Shown: positions 22,918-36,610, numbered from the stretch's first letter. The stretch is DNA of 64,000 bases from Torpedo marmorata (GCA_977017645.1 OZ360241.1:70618001-70682000); one strand, 5' to 3'. Numbers and translations: made by a program. The notes: generated from the letters alone by a model not told the origin.

Positions 22918-24520
22918 AACAGAAATCTACAGCACAGTCCAGGCCCTTCGGCCCACAGTGTTGTGCTGACCTAATAACCTACTCTAACATCTGCATAGAA
23001 TTTCCCCACTGCATAACCCTCCATTTTTCTCGGTTCTATGTACCATCTAATAGTCTCATAAAAGATCCTATTGTACCTGCCTTCACCAATGTTGCCGGCA
23101 TAACATTCATGCACCCGCCACTCTCTGTGTGAAAAACTTACCTCTTACATCCCCCCTTGACTTACTCCCAAGCACCTTAAAACTGTATCCCCTCGTGTCA
23201 GGGGGAAAAGCCTCTGGCCATCCACACAATCAATGCCTCTCATTATCTTGTACACCTCTATCAGGTCACCCCTCATCTTCCGTCACTACAAGGAGAAAAG
23301 ACCAAGTTCACTCAACCTATCCCCATAAGGTGTGCTCTCCAATCCAGGCAGCATCCTTGTAAATCTCCTCTGCACCCTCTTTATAGCATCCACATCCTTC
23401 CTGTAATGGGGTGACCAAAATGAACACAATATTTCAAGTGGGATCTAACTAAGATCTTATGTGGCTGCACATTACCTCACGGCTCTTGAACTCGATCCCA
23501 CAGGCCCTCACACCATATGCCTTCTTAACAACTCTATCAACCTGTGCAACAGCTTTGAGTGTCTTATGGATACGAACCCCAAGATCTCTCAGCTTGTCCA
23601 CACTGCTCAGAGTCCTCCCATTAACATTGTATTCTGCCTTCAAATTTGACCTGCCAAAATGAACCACCGCATTTTTCTGGGTTAAACTCCATCTGCCACT
23701 TCTCAGCCCAGCTCTGCATCCTATGAATGTCCCACTGTAACCTCTGGCAACCCTCCAGACTATCCACAACACCACCAACCTTTGTGTCATCAACAAACAT
23801 ACTAACCCACCCCTCCACCTCCTCATCCAGTTCATTTATAAAAATCACAAAGAGGAGGGTCCCAGAACAGATCCCTGTGGAACTCTACTGGTCACTCACC
23901 CCCGTGTAGAATACGAACCATCTACAACCGCCCTCTGCCTTCTGTGGGCAAGCCACTTCTGGATCCACAAAGCAAGGCCTTCTTGGATTCCATTCTTCCT
24001 TACTTTCTGAATGAGTCTTGCATGGGGGAACCTGATCAAATGCCTTGCTGAAATCCATATGCACTACATTCACTGTTCTACCTTCATCAATGTGCTTTGT
24101 TACATCCTCAAAGAATTCAATCAGGCTCGTGAGACATGACCTTCACCTGACGAAGCCATGCTGACTAACCCTAATCAGATTATGCCACTCTAAATGCTTG
24201 TAAATCCTGTCTCTCAGGATCTTCTCCAACAGCTTGCCCACCACTGAAGTAAAACTCATTGGTCTATAATTTCATGGGTTATTGCTACTCCCGTACTTGA
24301 ACAGGGGAACATTTTCAACCCTCCAATTCTCCGGTACTTCTCCTGTCCCCAGTGACCATGCAAACATCATCGTCAGTCACTCAGCAATGTTCTCCCTTCC
24401 TTCCCACAGTGGACTTGAGTAAATATCGTCTGGTCCTGGCGACTTATCTAACTTCATGCTTTTCAAAAGCTCCAACTCGTCCTCTTTCTCAATGTCAACA
24501 TGCTCAAGCGTTTCAGTCTG
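22918..24520 (-). mobile_element. CR1-like LINE, about 1.6-kb degenerate RT and 3' end
   Basis: MDFSKAFD, IFINELDE...MFVDDTK and LQSWAEKWQMEFN-like motifs across frameshifted ORFs; CR1 tail at 22920-22970. Confidence 0.9.
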
Positions 24521-24716
24521 CTTTATTAACGAAAAATATATGAATAGTTCATTCGCTGTTTTTTGAGACTTTGCTACATGTCGACCAACTGCCAGCCGAA
24601 TGTACTTCAGTGGTAATTTATTGTGTATGACCCAGTTTGAGATGTCCAGAGAAATGTGATAGTGTTATTCAAATGCAATTCTTTCTTAATTATGCAATGA
24701 CAAAATCCTGCTTCAT

Positions 24717-26490
24717 AATGATTTAGATGAAAATATACATTGCATGATGAGCAAGTTTGCAGGTGACACCAAGGCACCTGGTATTTAGATAGTGAAGAGA
24801 GTTCCAGAGATTGCAGCAGAATTTTGATCAGTTGGGCAGGTGGGCAGGGGAATGGTTGATGGAATTTAGATTTCAGATTTCAGATTATAGATTTATTGTC
24901 AGAGTACGTACATGACATCACATACAACCCTGAGATTCTTTTTCCTGCAGGCCAGGAAGAATTACCACTTATTGGTAGAGCAATAAAAACTACACAATGT
25001 ACACATGTAAACAAATAAAGAACTGTAAACAGATAACAAATGTAAACAAACTGACTGTGCAATACAGAGAGAATAAAAAAATCAATAAAGTCCACAAGTA
25101 AGAGTCCTTAAATGAGTCCCTGATTGAATTTGTTGTTGAGGAGTCTGATGGTGGAGGGGTTCCTGAACCTGGTGGTGCGAGTCTTGTGGCACCTATACCT
25201 CTTTCCCAGTGGCAGTAGCAAGAACAGAGCATGTGCTGGGTGGTGTGGATCCTTGATGATTGCTGCTGCTCTCCAACGACAGTGTTCCCTGTAGATGATC
25301 TCGATAGTGGGGAGGGTTTTGCCTGTGATGTCCTGGGCTGTATCCACTACCTTTTGGAGGGCTTTACGCTCAGGGGTATTGGTGTCCCCATACCAGACTG
25401 ATGCAGCCGGTCAGCACACTTTCTACTACACATGTGCAGAAATTTTCCAGGGTTTCTGGTGTCATACCAAACCTCCGCAAACTCCTGAGGAAGTAGAGGT
25501 GCTGACGCGCTTTCTTCACGATGCCATTAGTGTGTTGGGTCCAGGAAAGATCCTCTGAGAGAGTGACCCCGAAGAACTTAAATTTGCTCACCCTCTCCAC
25601 CTCTGATCCCCCAATGATCACTGGATCATACACCTCTGGTTTTCCCTTCCTGAAGTCAACAATCAGCTTCTTGGTTTTGGTACATTGAGTGCAAGATTGT
25701 TGTGAGGTGTTGCATTTTGGGAGGCCTATTGTGGGTTGGACCTATGCAGTGAATGGTAGGGATCTGGGGAGTGCTGTAGAGCAAAGGGATCTAGGAGGAC
25801 AGGAACATAGTACCATGAGAGTGGCGTCACAGATAGATAGGGTGGTCTAAAAGATTTTCAGCACATTGGCCTTTATCAGACAGTGTTGAGTATAGAATTT
25901 GGGAGATCGTGTGCAGTTGTATTAGATGTTGCTGAGGCCCCATTTGGAGGATTGTGTTCAGTTTTGGTCACCATTCTACAGGAAAGATGTCGTCAAGCTG
26001 GAGAGGGTGCAGAGAAGATTTACGAGGATATTGCCAGGACTCGGGGGCCTGAGCTTTCGGGAGAGGTTGAGCAGGATGGGCCTTTATTCCTTGGAGCGCA
26101 GGAGGATGAGGGGTGATCTCATAGAGGTGTATAAAATCATGAGAGGAATAGATCGGTTGAACACAAAAATAATCTTTTGCCCAGAATCAGTATCCAGAGA
26201 ACATAAGCTTAAGGTGAGGGGAGGGAGAGATTTATCAGGAACCTGTGGGGTAACTTTTTTTACACAGATGGTGGTGGGTGTATGGAATGGACTGGCAGAG
26301 GGGGTAATTGAGGCATTCGGGTTAGGGTACTATTACAATGTTTGAGAAAAATTTGGAATGATACATGAATAGGATGGGTTTAGAGGAAAATGGGCCAAAT
26401 GCAGGCGAGTGGGACTAATGTGGGTGGGACATTTTGGTTGGCGTGGGCAAGTTGGGCCAAAGGGCCCGTTTCCACGCTGTATGACTCCTG
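24717..26490 (+). mobile_element. CR1-like LINE 3' portion, split by a Rex/Babar insertion
   Basis: RT fragment (KFAGDTK) at 24.75 kb resumes at about 25702 (EVLHFG...RPHLEDCVQFWSP...FFTQ.VVGVWN). Confidence 0.85.
24866..25701 (-). mobile_element. Rex1/Babar-like LINE, 3' fragment
   Basis: VERVSKFKFFGVTLSEDLSWTQHT..IVKKARQHLYFLRSL and IIKDPHHPAH.LF.LLP.GKRYR; tail ctgacaataaatct...(gaaatct)n. Confidence 0.85.
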
Positions 26491-26533
26491 ACTCTAATCA
26501 CTAAAGTAACGGATAACCTACTGTGTATTCCAG

Positions 26534-26674
26534 GTGCAATAGCAAAGGACGTGAGCACCGGACAATTGTGGGAATGGAGCTCGACAAGATCAGTGGAACG
26601 CTGCTGGTAGCATTTTCCACTTGTGTCGTCCGTGTCGCATTTGCCCATTGTCATCAACATGCTTCCTGCATGAA
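26534..26674 (+). CDS. SEMA6B: SEMA6B-like coding exon (end of Sema, start of PSI): CNSKGREHRTIVGMELDKISGTLLVAFSTCVVRVAFAHCHQHASCM(K)
   Basis: Acceptor tattccag| and donor |gtgagt; 141 nt, phase 2-2. LLVAFSTCVVRV motif. Confidence 0.93.
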
Positions 26675-26799
26675 GTGAGTCCGTCAGAGATTAAAACTTC
26701 TCAAACACTGTAACTTTTGAAATATAGCAGTTAATTTTTCTGGCTCTTCTTCTTCCATGTTACCCCTTCCTAACTCACACAGATGTTCTTACCTACAAG

Positions 26800-27022
26800 T
26801 TGCAAGGTTGTGAGTTCAAATCTCATTGTGTAATCAAAACTTCAGTGTGGGCTGACAACCCAGTGTAATACTGAGAGAGTGTCAACAGTCTCATTGGCTT
26901 TCAGGCGGAATTTTAAACCAAGGAATGTGGGTGGATTGTAAAAGATCCCACGGTGCTGGATGAAGAAGACCAGAGAGTTTCGTTCAACAAGTCCGCGTTC
27001 ATCTCTCAACCTACTCTTCCAA
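26800..27022 (+). mobile_element. Ancient, degenerate Deu-domain SINE (AmnSINE/SacSINE-like)
   Basis: gagttcaaatc B-box-like head, then ttaaaccaagg...gtggattgtaaaagatccca...gaagaagac, resembling the recalled Deu-domain consensus. Confidence 0.5.
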
Positions 27023-27024
27023 AA

Positions 27025-27275
27025 ACAAGAGACGGGAAGGAGACTGCAGAAGCTAGAACGTGGAGCAAAACTAGAATCTGCTGGAGGAAATCAACACTTT
27101 TGGGGGAGGGAGGAATTGTCGATGTTTCAGGTCAAGATCCTTCATCAAGACTGATCGTGTGACTACTCCATGAGTTGTCTGGATGAAGACTTTTGACCCT
27201 AAATGCCAGCAATTTGTCCCACCGCCGATCTTGCTGAACCCACTGAGTTCCTCCAGCAGATCTTGTTTGGAAGCC
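27025..27275. mobile_element. Penelope-derived inverted terminal fragments
   Basis: ctgctggaggaa...gatgtttcaggtcaagatccttcatcaaga, then the inverted ctggatgaagac...ctgagttcctccagcag. Confidence 0.55.
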
Positions 27276-28938
27276 AGAAACACATTCTTATTCATCCATC
27301 TGACGTGTTTTTGAGTAATGTGCTCTTGTGATTCTCTACATTGCAGTGCTGATGGCATTTCCAAAAGGTGGTGACTTGATTATGGAGCACGTTGAGACAT
27401 GCTGACAGTTTGGGAAGGAGTGAAATTGCGCATGAAGATTCTGCTCCCACAAGTACAGTCAAAATCTCACTCCCTCGGTCAGGCGCCTGTTCTTAATGAG
27501 TTTTAGTTCTGAGGTTTGATGATGGCAAGCTTTATTGCAAGCTCGATCCTGCCCATCTCAAATATCGACACTCATACTTGCTACCAGGAGTTGCAACAAA
27601 GTATATGCAAGCTTGATCCTGAGGGATTTCCCACACAGCTCGAGAACAAAGCCTGACTTTGATACTTAATACACAATGGGAATTGCAAAAGCCTTCTTGA
27701 ATGGTGAACATTATCACAAACATATTAGGATTGCTCTCAAGAAAATATTACTGGAGGACGGTGGAAGGGGAGGGCAGAATGAAATGCAGTCCATGAAGAG
27801 ATTGGGATAGGCTGCAGTGCGGGAGGGGGGGGGGGGGCAGGTTAGATTAGTACAGAGGAGAGACCAGGATGAACTGTAGTGTGGAGAGGAGGGCAGGGTA
27901 GACTCTAGCAGAGAAAGAGAAGGTAGGATAAACCTTAGTGCAGCGGAAGAGACCAGATTAGACTTTGGTCCATGCTCCTAACTCCCACAACAGCCATTCC
28001 AATATCTGGAATGGGAGAGTGGGTGATGGATTGGAAGGGATTGAGGTATCAGCATTGCCTTGTACGTCATCAGCCAAAGCAATGATAAATATGGATATCA
28101 TCCACTAACTTAAACATTCTCAGGCTTGGTCTAAATTGTCAGAATAACCACTGAACATAATATTGATAGATGCAAATTTCAGAAGGTCTAACAACGTCTT
28201 TGTCAGAGGAAAAAAAACCAGATGCATTTTGCTCGATAATGACACCATTCTCCAACCAAGCTGGATAGGGCTGCCATGTATGTGTTCATTCCACTCCAAA
28301 GTTTTCTGCAACCTCTTGTCTTCCAGCTCTTGTACTTTTAACCTCTGAAGTACCTAAGATTCTGTCACAAACCCCGTCTTATTTCTCATCTGGGTTCTGC
28401 CCTTCATCAACATCTGTGCATAGCAATGCCACCCAGATCTGCTCACCATCATTCTCTCAACCACTCTGCTCTCTATGATTTTAGCAATGAATCGCTGACA
28501 GACAGTACCTGATTAGAGAAACCTCTTGCAACAAAGCATTTGGAATACTCTAAGTATTGTCTTTGGTATATAACCAAACTCCATTCTCTGGACACCAATC
28601 CCATGCACCTCCCTGACCACTGTCTGATTCAGTCATTTGATGGTCTTGATACGGTATTTGATCCTGAGATGAGCCAAGATCTCATACCCATACTATCTTC
28701 AAAATTGACTGGTATCACATCAGACACAGCACCATCTCCTCCATCTGATCTACTCTAAAACCCTTGTCCACACGTTTTGTTACTTTGCCAACTGACCATT
28801 CACTGCTCACTTGGTCAGCTTCCCACCTACTGCTCTCTGTTGTTGTAAGATCATCCAGAACTGCTGCCTATGTCCTGACTCAGAGTAGCTCCTGTTCACT
28901 CATTGCCTCCGTTGGTTCCTGGATTAGCATTTCTTCGA

Positions 28939-29195
28939 TTAGCGTAGCGGTTAGCGCAATGCTGTTACAGCGCCAGCGACTGGGGTTTGAATCCGGCGCT
29001 GTCTGTAAGGAGTTTATACGTACTACCCGTGTCTGCGTGGGTTTTCTCCGGGTGCTCCGGTTTCCTCCCACCCTTCAAAATGTACAGGGGTTGTTAGTCA
29101 ATTGGGTGTAATTGGGCGGCACGGACTCGTGGGCCGGAAGGGCCTGTTACTGTGCTGTATTTCTAAATTAAATAAAATTAAATTAAAAAATAAAA
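28939..29195 (+). mobile_element. V-SINE (HE1-like), slightly 5'-truncated
   Basis: Matches the family consensus seen elsewhere in the window. Confidence 0.88.
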
Positions 29196-29409
29196 TTCTT
29201 TATTTGGATTTGACCATGACTGCACCCCCTCGAGCTCCATGACCTCCCACATCCGAACAACACTTCACTGTCTGCACATCCCTTATTCTCTCTTGTGCCA
29301 ACTCTGACTGCTCCAGCAATGGCCCTCATACCTACAGCTGTCTAGGCCTATGCTCTGCAGTTTCTGACCTGGCCTGCCTCTCTGCCCCTCTCTCCCTCCC
29401 TGAGGTTCC

Positions 29410-29810
29410 GAATATAAAGCAGGGAGGTCTCACTGCAGTTATATGCGGCCTTGGTGAGGCCATACCTTGAGTGTTATATGCAGTTTTGGTCTCCTAATCT
29501 GTGGAAGGACATTCTTTCCCTTGAGGGAGTGCTGTGAATGTCCACCAGATTGATTCCTTGGATGGCAGGACAGACAATATGAAGAAAGACTGGATAGACG
29601 AGGGTTATACTCACTGGAATTTAGAAGAATGAGAAGGGATCTTATCCAGATATATAAATAGTTGACAGGGCTAGACAAGTGCAGAACAAGAGGTCATGGT
29701 ATCAGGATAAGGACTGAGCTATTTAGGACAGAGATGAGGAGAAACCTCTTCTGTCAGAGTTGTGAACTTGTGGAGTTCTCTGCCACAGAAAGTTGTTGAG
29801 GCCAGTTGAA
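29410..29810 (+). mobile_element. CR1-like fragment
   Basis: ttggtgaggccatacc...gcagttttggtctcc and gagatgaggagaaacctcttc motifs. Confidence 0.7.
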
Positions 29811-30209
29811 GGTAGCTGAGGCTAATATTTTCACATTGGGCTGATTTCCACCAATTGCAAAACCACCATGTTTAACTATCACCAAAACCTTCCAACAAGT
29901 AAAGTCTGCTGACATGGGCCATTTGCCAAATAAATTCTGCACATTCGAAAAATATCATTCCTACGTGCATACAGTGTGTGACCAAAACTTGAAGCCAATT
30001 CCTCAGAACTTGGCAGTTTGAATGCAGTCTCATGAGTTACAGAGTTGCTAAGAGAAATAACTCTGCCAACTTCCATGGTGCTGACGACTGCCTATTGCTC
30101 TAAACCACGTGTCAATGGAAGCACGCGCATCAATCGCTGTAAACCATGGAGAGAATTCCTGTGCCGAACAGTGTGTCCAGATTAGAATTCACTCAAACGT
30201 TCAAAGCTT

Positions 30210-30478
30210 GGTAGCACGGTTGGCGTAGTGGTTAGCGCAACGCCGTTACAGCGCCAGCGATCGGGACTTGGGTTCGAATCCCGCGCTGTCTGTAAGGAGT
30301 TTGTACGTTCTCCCCATGTCTTCGTGGGTTTTCCCCGGGGGCTCCAGTTTCCTCCCACCATTTGAAACGTACCAGGGGTTGTAGGTTAATTGGGTGTAAT
30401 TGGACGGCATGGGATCATGGGCCAAATGGCCTGTTACCGTGCTGTATGTTTAAATTTAAAAAATTTTTAAATATTTTA
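30210..30478 (+). mobile_element. V-SINE (HE1-like)
   Basis: A/B boxes, V-domain and tail. Confidence 0.9.
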
Positions 30479-31136
30479 ATGCCTTTCTTACGCTATGTTA
30501 AGAAGTGAAACTCAAGACTAGAGGGGAGAAAGGCAAGTCGGAAAATCAGATGCACTATGTCAAAGCTAACTCCATCTCAAGGAGGTTCAGAAGGCATTCA
30601 GAATGAAAAGTGAGTTGGCAGTGTTGCCAGTTAAAAGAGAATGTTAGCTTTGAAGAAGAAAAGGAGTTATCATATATCTAATGAGCATGTATTTATAATG
30701 TGAAGAACAGAAGATTAAACAAATTTAGCTCCCTGCCAGCCCCTGAAATAATGTTCTGAGGAAGTAAATAAAGGTGACAGGAATTAAATTTGATGCAAAT
30801 TGGAATTCATTTTCTAGAAATTCATCAGTGCCTCTAACAGGAAGTTAAATGGTAATTCCTCGATGCAACTGCGCACTTGTCTCATGGAAATTCAACAGCA
30901 GATGCCTAAGACAAAAGAGACTAGTGAATCAGCGTTACATGAGGAAGCATTCCTTTCTCATCAGGAACCAGTGTGGAGCACCCAGAACTGAACAGTCATG
31001 CTAAGAAATTGCAACCATTCATCCTCGGCTTGTTCAAGAAAGCTGTTGGGTGCTAGCAGTTGTTGGCAAGAAACCATGGGGAAATTGGATATTTCTGTGT
31101 GCCTGGCATCAGGCATGCACCCAGTGACATTATTTA

Positions 31137-31755
31137 GAACCATAGAACATTACAGCACAGAAACAGGCCCTTTGGCCCTTCTAGTCTGTGCCGAACTATT
31201 ATTCTGCCAAGTCCCACTGACCTGCACCCAGTACATAGCCCTGCATACCTCTCCCATCCATGTACCTGTCCAAATTCTTCTTAAATGTTAAAACTGAGCC
31301 CGCATTCACCACTTCAGCTGGCAGCTCGTTCCACACTCCCACCACTCTCTGTGTGAAGAAGTTCCCCCTCATGTTTCCCCTAAACTTTTCCCCTTTCACC
31401 CTTAACCCATGTCCTCTGGTTTGTATCTCACCTACCCTCAGTGGAAAAAGCCTATCTACATTTACTCTGTCTATCCCCCTCATAATTTTAAATACCTCTA
31501 TCAAATCTCCCCTCATTCTTCTACACTTCAGGGAATAAAGTCCTAACCTGTTTAACCTTTCCCTGTAACTCAGTTCCTGAAATCCGGGCAACATCCTAGT
31601 AAATCTCTGCACTCTTTCATTCTTATTTATATCTTTCCTGTAGTTAGGTGACACAAAATGCCCTAACTTTGGCATCACCAATGTCTTATACAACTTTACC
31701 ATAACATCCCAACTCCTATACACAATACTTTGATTTATGAAGGCCAATATGCCAA
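31137..31755 (-). mobile_element. CR1/HER1-like LINE, 3' end (relatively young)
   Basis: ORF 31199..31747 (LYKTLV.P.L...RLGLYSL..RRMRGDLIEVFKIMRG...FFTQRVVGVWNELP); tail (ttctatgg). Confidence 0.92.
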
Positions 31756-32914
31756 CATTCCATGTTCACTGATGCAAGCTGACTGTTAAAGATGCAACGT
31801 ACTACCTCCATATCTCAATTATATTAAAACAAGCAACAGACCCCACAGTATTGTCAGCAAGGAGGCAGGAATTATCTTGCCCTCACTTGGACATTGATGT
31901 CTGGTCCAGAGTCTGCAGCAGAGCGGCATGGACAAAGATCTCAGCTTCTCTGCCTTGTGTACCTCAGCCCAAAGAGCTTTGATAGCCCAGACGCCGCAGT
32001 GGTCTTGCATCACAGAGGCCCATTGGAACGGGCCATCGCTGAGGGACAAAGGAGACGGAGGTGTGCCAGGGCCCTGCTAGATTAAACACCCCTTCATGGT
32101 ATGTGGATGTCTACGGTATTTAAACAAGGGATTAGTCATTTGATGGTTCACAAAGAGGATGGAGAAATATTAGAACAGTGAATTCTTCAAAGCTTATTTC
32201 GGCACTTGTACAGATCTCTCTGCTGCTCTTTGGAAGCAGGAAACAGAGCAGTCAAGGGAAGTTAATGTTGTTACATTGAACTCCCAAGGAAAAGTGAAGT
32301 GAACTGTGACCACTGATAGGAGACTAAATCTGCAAGTATTCCATGCATAGCATAGATCCACTTCAAACTTTTCAAGGATACCTACTGCTCTTGTACATAC
32401 CAGGACATCTGACTCCAATCCAGTTTACCTGTGTTGTAATGAACATGAGATTCATTCCTCTTTTAACATGCATTCATTGAAATGATTGAGTGGACCATTT
32501 CTATAATTGTAATTGTGTCTTGGGTGATACTGCTCTGCACTCCAGTCATTGCTTCTTAAACTCTCCTGAAAAGTTTGACACTCACCTTGTTCCGTACAAA
32601 GGTTAGATAGCTTTATGTAACCTTCCAACAATGGAACTGTGGAAATATTGGATGACATCACCATATTCTCTCATACAAGACTTATTTACAGAACAAGTAT
32701 ATTATGTGTCTCAAGTCACAAAAGGAGCTTGACAAATTGTTCCTTTTACTGTATTCCTCTTCCGTGTTGTTATCTGAAAGGTACCATGATGGTAGAAGGT
32801 ATACAGAAGGACGAGCTGTATGAGCGACATTACTTGATTGGTTACCGGGGAATGTGGTGCATTGGCATAAGATGCGATATATTCCATCAACTAGATCATA
32901 AAACAGTCACAGCA

Positions 32915-32915
<1 letters not shown>

Positions 32916-32986
<71 letters not shown>
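32916..32986. repeat. (CA)n microsatellite, about 35 units
   Basis: Read directly from the sequence. Confidence 0.99.
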
Positions 32987-32988
<2 letters not shown>

Positions 32989-33184
32989 TTACAAAGTGTG
33001 CAAGATAAAGGAAACAGTGTACTGGTCAGGAATGATCTTAAAGCATAAAATACCTCCACTGCTAATTCGTTATCCAAACTTAAAATAGACCTGTAGCCCA
33101 CATCCTCAGCTGGAAGAGTCAGTTTTGTCCTGGTCAGAGCTGAAACTAAGAATTAATTCTAATGAGCAGTGAATTAGTGTGGTG

Positions 33185-33930
33185 TGAAACACAAAAGTCT
33201 GCAGACACAGAGGTTGAAGTAAAAACACAATGTTGAAGAAACTCAGCAGGTCAAACAGTGCACTTTATAGAGCAAAGATAAAGGTACATAACCAACGTTT
33301 CGGCCTTGAGCCCTTCATCAAGATATGAGCAAAATGTAGGCAGGCGCCCGAGCAAAATGGTGGTGGGGAGGGGGGGGGCGCAGGCAAGAGGTCATAGGTG
33401 AATAAGGGAGGGAGGGCACAACATGGAGGGGTGGGATAGCTCTGTGAATGGAGAGGAAAGGGGTGGAAAGCTGGAGGAAAGAAGACAGAGGGATGGGGAA
33501 GAGAGGGCGAATGGGGAGTGGTCTAGCAGAAACTGGAGAAGTCGATGATAATGCCATCTGGTTAGAGAGTGCCCAGACGGAATATTAGGTGTTGCTCCTC
33601 CAATTTACAGGTACCCCTGGTTTGGCAGTGCATGAGGCCACAGACAGACATGTCGGCGCAGGAGTGGGGCGCAGAATTGAAATGGTTGGCCACTGGGAGA
33701 TCCCTGTCATTGATGCAGATAGAGCGAAGGTGCTCAGCGAAGCGATCTCCCAGTGTGTGCCCAGTCTCTCCGATGTAGAGAAAGCCACAATGGGAGCACC
33801 GGATGCAGTAGATAACTCCCACAGATTCACTTGGAAGGACTGTTTGGGGCCCTGAATGGTGGTGAGGGAGAAGGTGTGGACGCAAGTGTGGCACTTCCTG
33901 TGGTCACAAGGGGAAGGTGCCAAGGGGACG
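33185..33930 (-). mobile_element. Penelope-like element: GIY-YIG endonuclease remnant and pLTR
   Basis: GVIYCIRCSHCGFLYIGETG..L..RF.EH...PVANHFN...EEQHLIFRLGTL in ORF 33562..33894. Confidence 0.9.
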
Positions 33931-34872
33931 ATTAGTGGATTAATGAATTAATGTGTGTGTCAAGGAAGTTGGATGGAATAATCATGGGAGTGGAATAATT
34001 GACGTAATCAGTGGCATGAGAGTTTACAAAAACACTTAGAACAAGAAACAGTTGCGTGCCCTTTTGAAATCCCTCCCTAAACAGTTTGTGCAATGTATAA
34101 TATGAAAGGCTACACTCCATCTAGTTAAGCTCTTCCCAAAAACTCATCCAATCAATAGTATGCCTCCAGCAAAAATTTAACTGCCGGAGGAATTCACCGG
34201 GTCGAGCAGCATCTATGGAGGCAGTCAGTGTTTCGGGCGAAGACCCTGTATTAGAGCGGAGAGAGAAGAGAGGAGATAGCCAGTGTAAAGAGAAGAAGGG
34301 GAGGGGGTGAGGCAGCGTTTAGAAGGTGGAACCAGGTGAAGAGGGAGATGATGGGCAGATGGAGCCGCATGGGAGAATCAAGAAATAGTGACAGGTGGAA
34401 CAGAACCACATTAGTGTCATAGAAAGAGAATCCTAGTCATACAACAGAGAAACTGGCCCTTCAGCCCACCATTTCCATGCTGACCATTGCACTTATCTAT
34501 ACTAGCCCCAGCCACCCAATTGGGTCAGTATTCTTCTCCAATGTAATGGCTCAATTATTTGACTAGCAGTCATTTCACATCTGATTACTTTTCAGGACCT
34601 TTTGCTGGAAATTCATGTTTATGCACTAGGCAACCATTGTCAGCTTCACCTGCAAAGCCCTCCCCCTCAACATTCGAATAGCTTGCCAACACCCACCACT
34701 AAGGCATCCACAATAGGAAACAGACTGGGGTAGACTATCTGTTGAACGTTGTCCCAGTCAGCACTTCATGGGATGTGTGGAGAATGAATTTGAGAAAACA
34801 AATTTTGCCAAATTAATATGCATTTGTATAACATTGCCTAACATTGGAATTTTTCACCGATTGTTCCTAAAG

Positions 34873-34950
34873 GAGCTGTGTTGGCACACGGGACCCTTAC
34901 TGTGGCTGGGTTGGAGATGGACATTGCGCATATTTGGAACCAGGAACCAG
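34873..34950 (+). CDS. SEMA6B: SEMA6B-like coding exon (PSI domain): SCVGTRDPYCGWVGDGHCAYLEPGT(S)
   Basis: Acceptor ttcctaaag| and donor |gtagaa; 78 nt. RDPYCGW is the PSI signature. Confidence 0.93.
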
Positions 34951-35044
34951 GTAGAATCACATTAAAACCCCATAACATAATCAGAGTTCTTTTTGTCAAA
35001 ATGGGAGGAGCTGATTATTAAATGATGTATGTGAACATGGTGAT

Positions 35045-35385
35045 CAGTGACTGGACCAGCAGAGAGCAGAGTGGTTAGTTGCTGGAGTCCTGCATCATTG
35101 ATCCAGGGTTCAAATCTCACCTCAACAGCTGGAGAATTTAAATTCAAGTCATTAACTAAAAATTGGAATAAAATAAAATAATGAGAGTCTCAGTCAAGCT
35201 TGTCGTAAAAACCCAACCTGTTTATTAGTGTCCTTCATGGAAGGAAATCTGCAGTCTGGCCAATATGTAACTCCAAACCTATCCACATGGTTGACCCTGA
35301 GCAGCCTCCAATTCAGGGATAGAAATGGACAATAAATGCAGAATTGCAAGTGATGTCCTCATCCCATGTACAATTGGAAAAGAAT
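35045..35385 (+). mobile_element. Old tRNA-head SINE (family unresolved)
   Basis: gggttcaaatc B box, then ttgtcgtaaaaaccca...ggaaggaaatctgc...caataaatgc...catcccatg, resembling a SINE I recall as common in sharks. Confidence 0.5.
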
Positions 35386-35613
35386 ATATGCATCCTGAAT
35401 TTGTTGACCAGGCTGTTATAAGGTTTCTCAATCACTTTGCCCCACAAAGCACTTTGTAATATTGCTGTAACCAAAACATCTATAAACCGGCCCATTGTGG
35501 AAACTCACATTCCTCCATTGCAAGCTTAGCTTTTACAAGAATGGCCACCTATTCAATTACAGATGAGAAACAGGGCTTTTTGATTGTCCTGCCTGGAAGC
35601 TTATAAAATAATA

Positions 35614-36361
35614 CTGTAATATCCCCGGTATCCGGCACCTACGGGGATCGCGGATGCCGGAAATGCGAATTTTCCAGTTGCCTGAGACTCACTCTTGCAA
35701 TGCCTAACTAAGACACCTGCATTAAGAATAGACCATTTAAAAGACAAAAGACAGTGCAAAATGTAAAGTAATTTTTTAAAAATCAGTATTGTCGTCCTTA
35801 ATTATGTAAAGTTCACTTTAATCAGGTAATTCCCGTAACTTACAAAATTTAAATTTAAATTCGAACCCCTGTAACTGGCGCTGTAACAGCATTGCACTAA
35901 CCGCTATGCTAACCATACCACCGTCATAATTAACCTTCCCCTCCCCCAAGTTTACAGATTAAAGCCTTACTAATATACTTAATACTAATAAAGATAAAGA
36001 CTCTTGCCAGACAGGGATAGGGAGACACTTTGGGAGAGTTGCCCCAGCGGCGAGCGGCATCGGCCGGCTCTTCGTCCTGGGCGCCGCCTTTTTATTCAAA
36101 CACAACTTTATTAAAACTTTATTTAAGCAGCTGCTGCAGGCGGGGCACGACCGGGGCACCCCGCTGGCTGAATGTTTGCTCCCTAAATCACCAAGACATT
36201 GTGTGTTGCTTCAGAGAACATTTACTTATACAACTTTAAACATTTATTTACATTTTTATTTATTCTTAATATATTTTAATTTTAAACTTCTATCTATTTC
36301 TTTATTTATTTATTTATTTATTTGCCGGTTGCTTGAATTCCGAATACCAGGGATTTTACTG
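35614..36361. mobile_element. Tigger/pogo-type MITE containing a V-SINE fragment (about 35845-35923)
   Basis: TIRs CTGTAATATCCCCGGTATCCGG / CCGAATACCAGGGATTTTACTG; TA at 35612-35613 and 36362-36363. Confidence 0.8.
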
Positions 36362-36610
36362 TATCTGATTATCAGGTTATTTTTCCATGAGCTTTATGAA
36401 GTGTTTACTTCAATGGTAACATTAAAAATAAATTCAGTATTATTTTTATGATCAAGAAGTGAACATTGTTCATTGTTACAGCACCAATCCTTGCATCTAT
36501 ATATATTCCAATTAATTAAATATTTATTTTAGCTACTGATAAACTGTTGTTCTCTCCCTGGAATATTATTTCTCACTGGTGAGACATCCTCTGAGTGCAC
36601 AAATTATGTA

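Noticed and set aside
27800-27970. Degenerate purine-rich tandem repeat of about 30 bp with a G run
   Set aside because: Too decayed to define a unit; likely an old minisatellite with no further signal.
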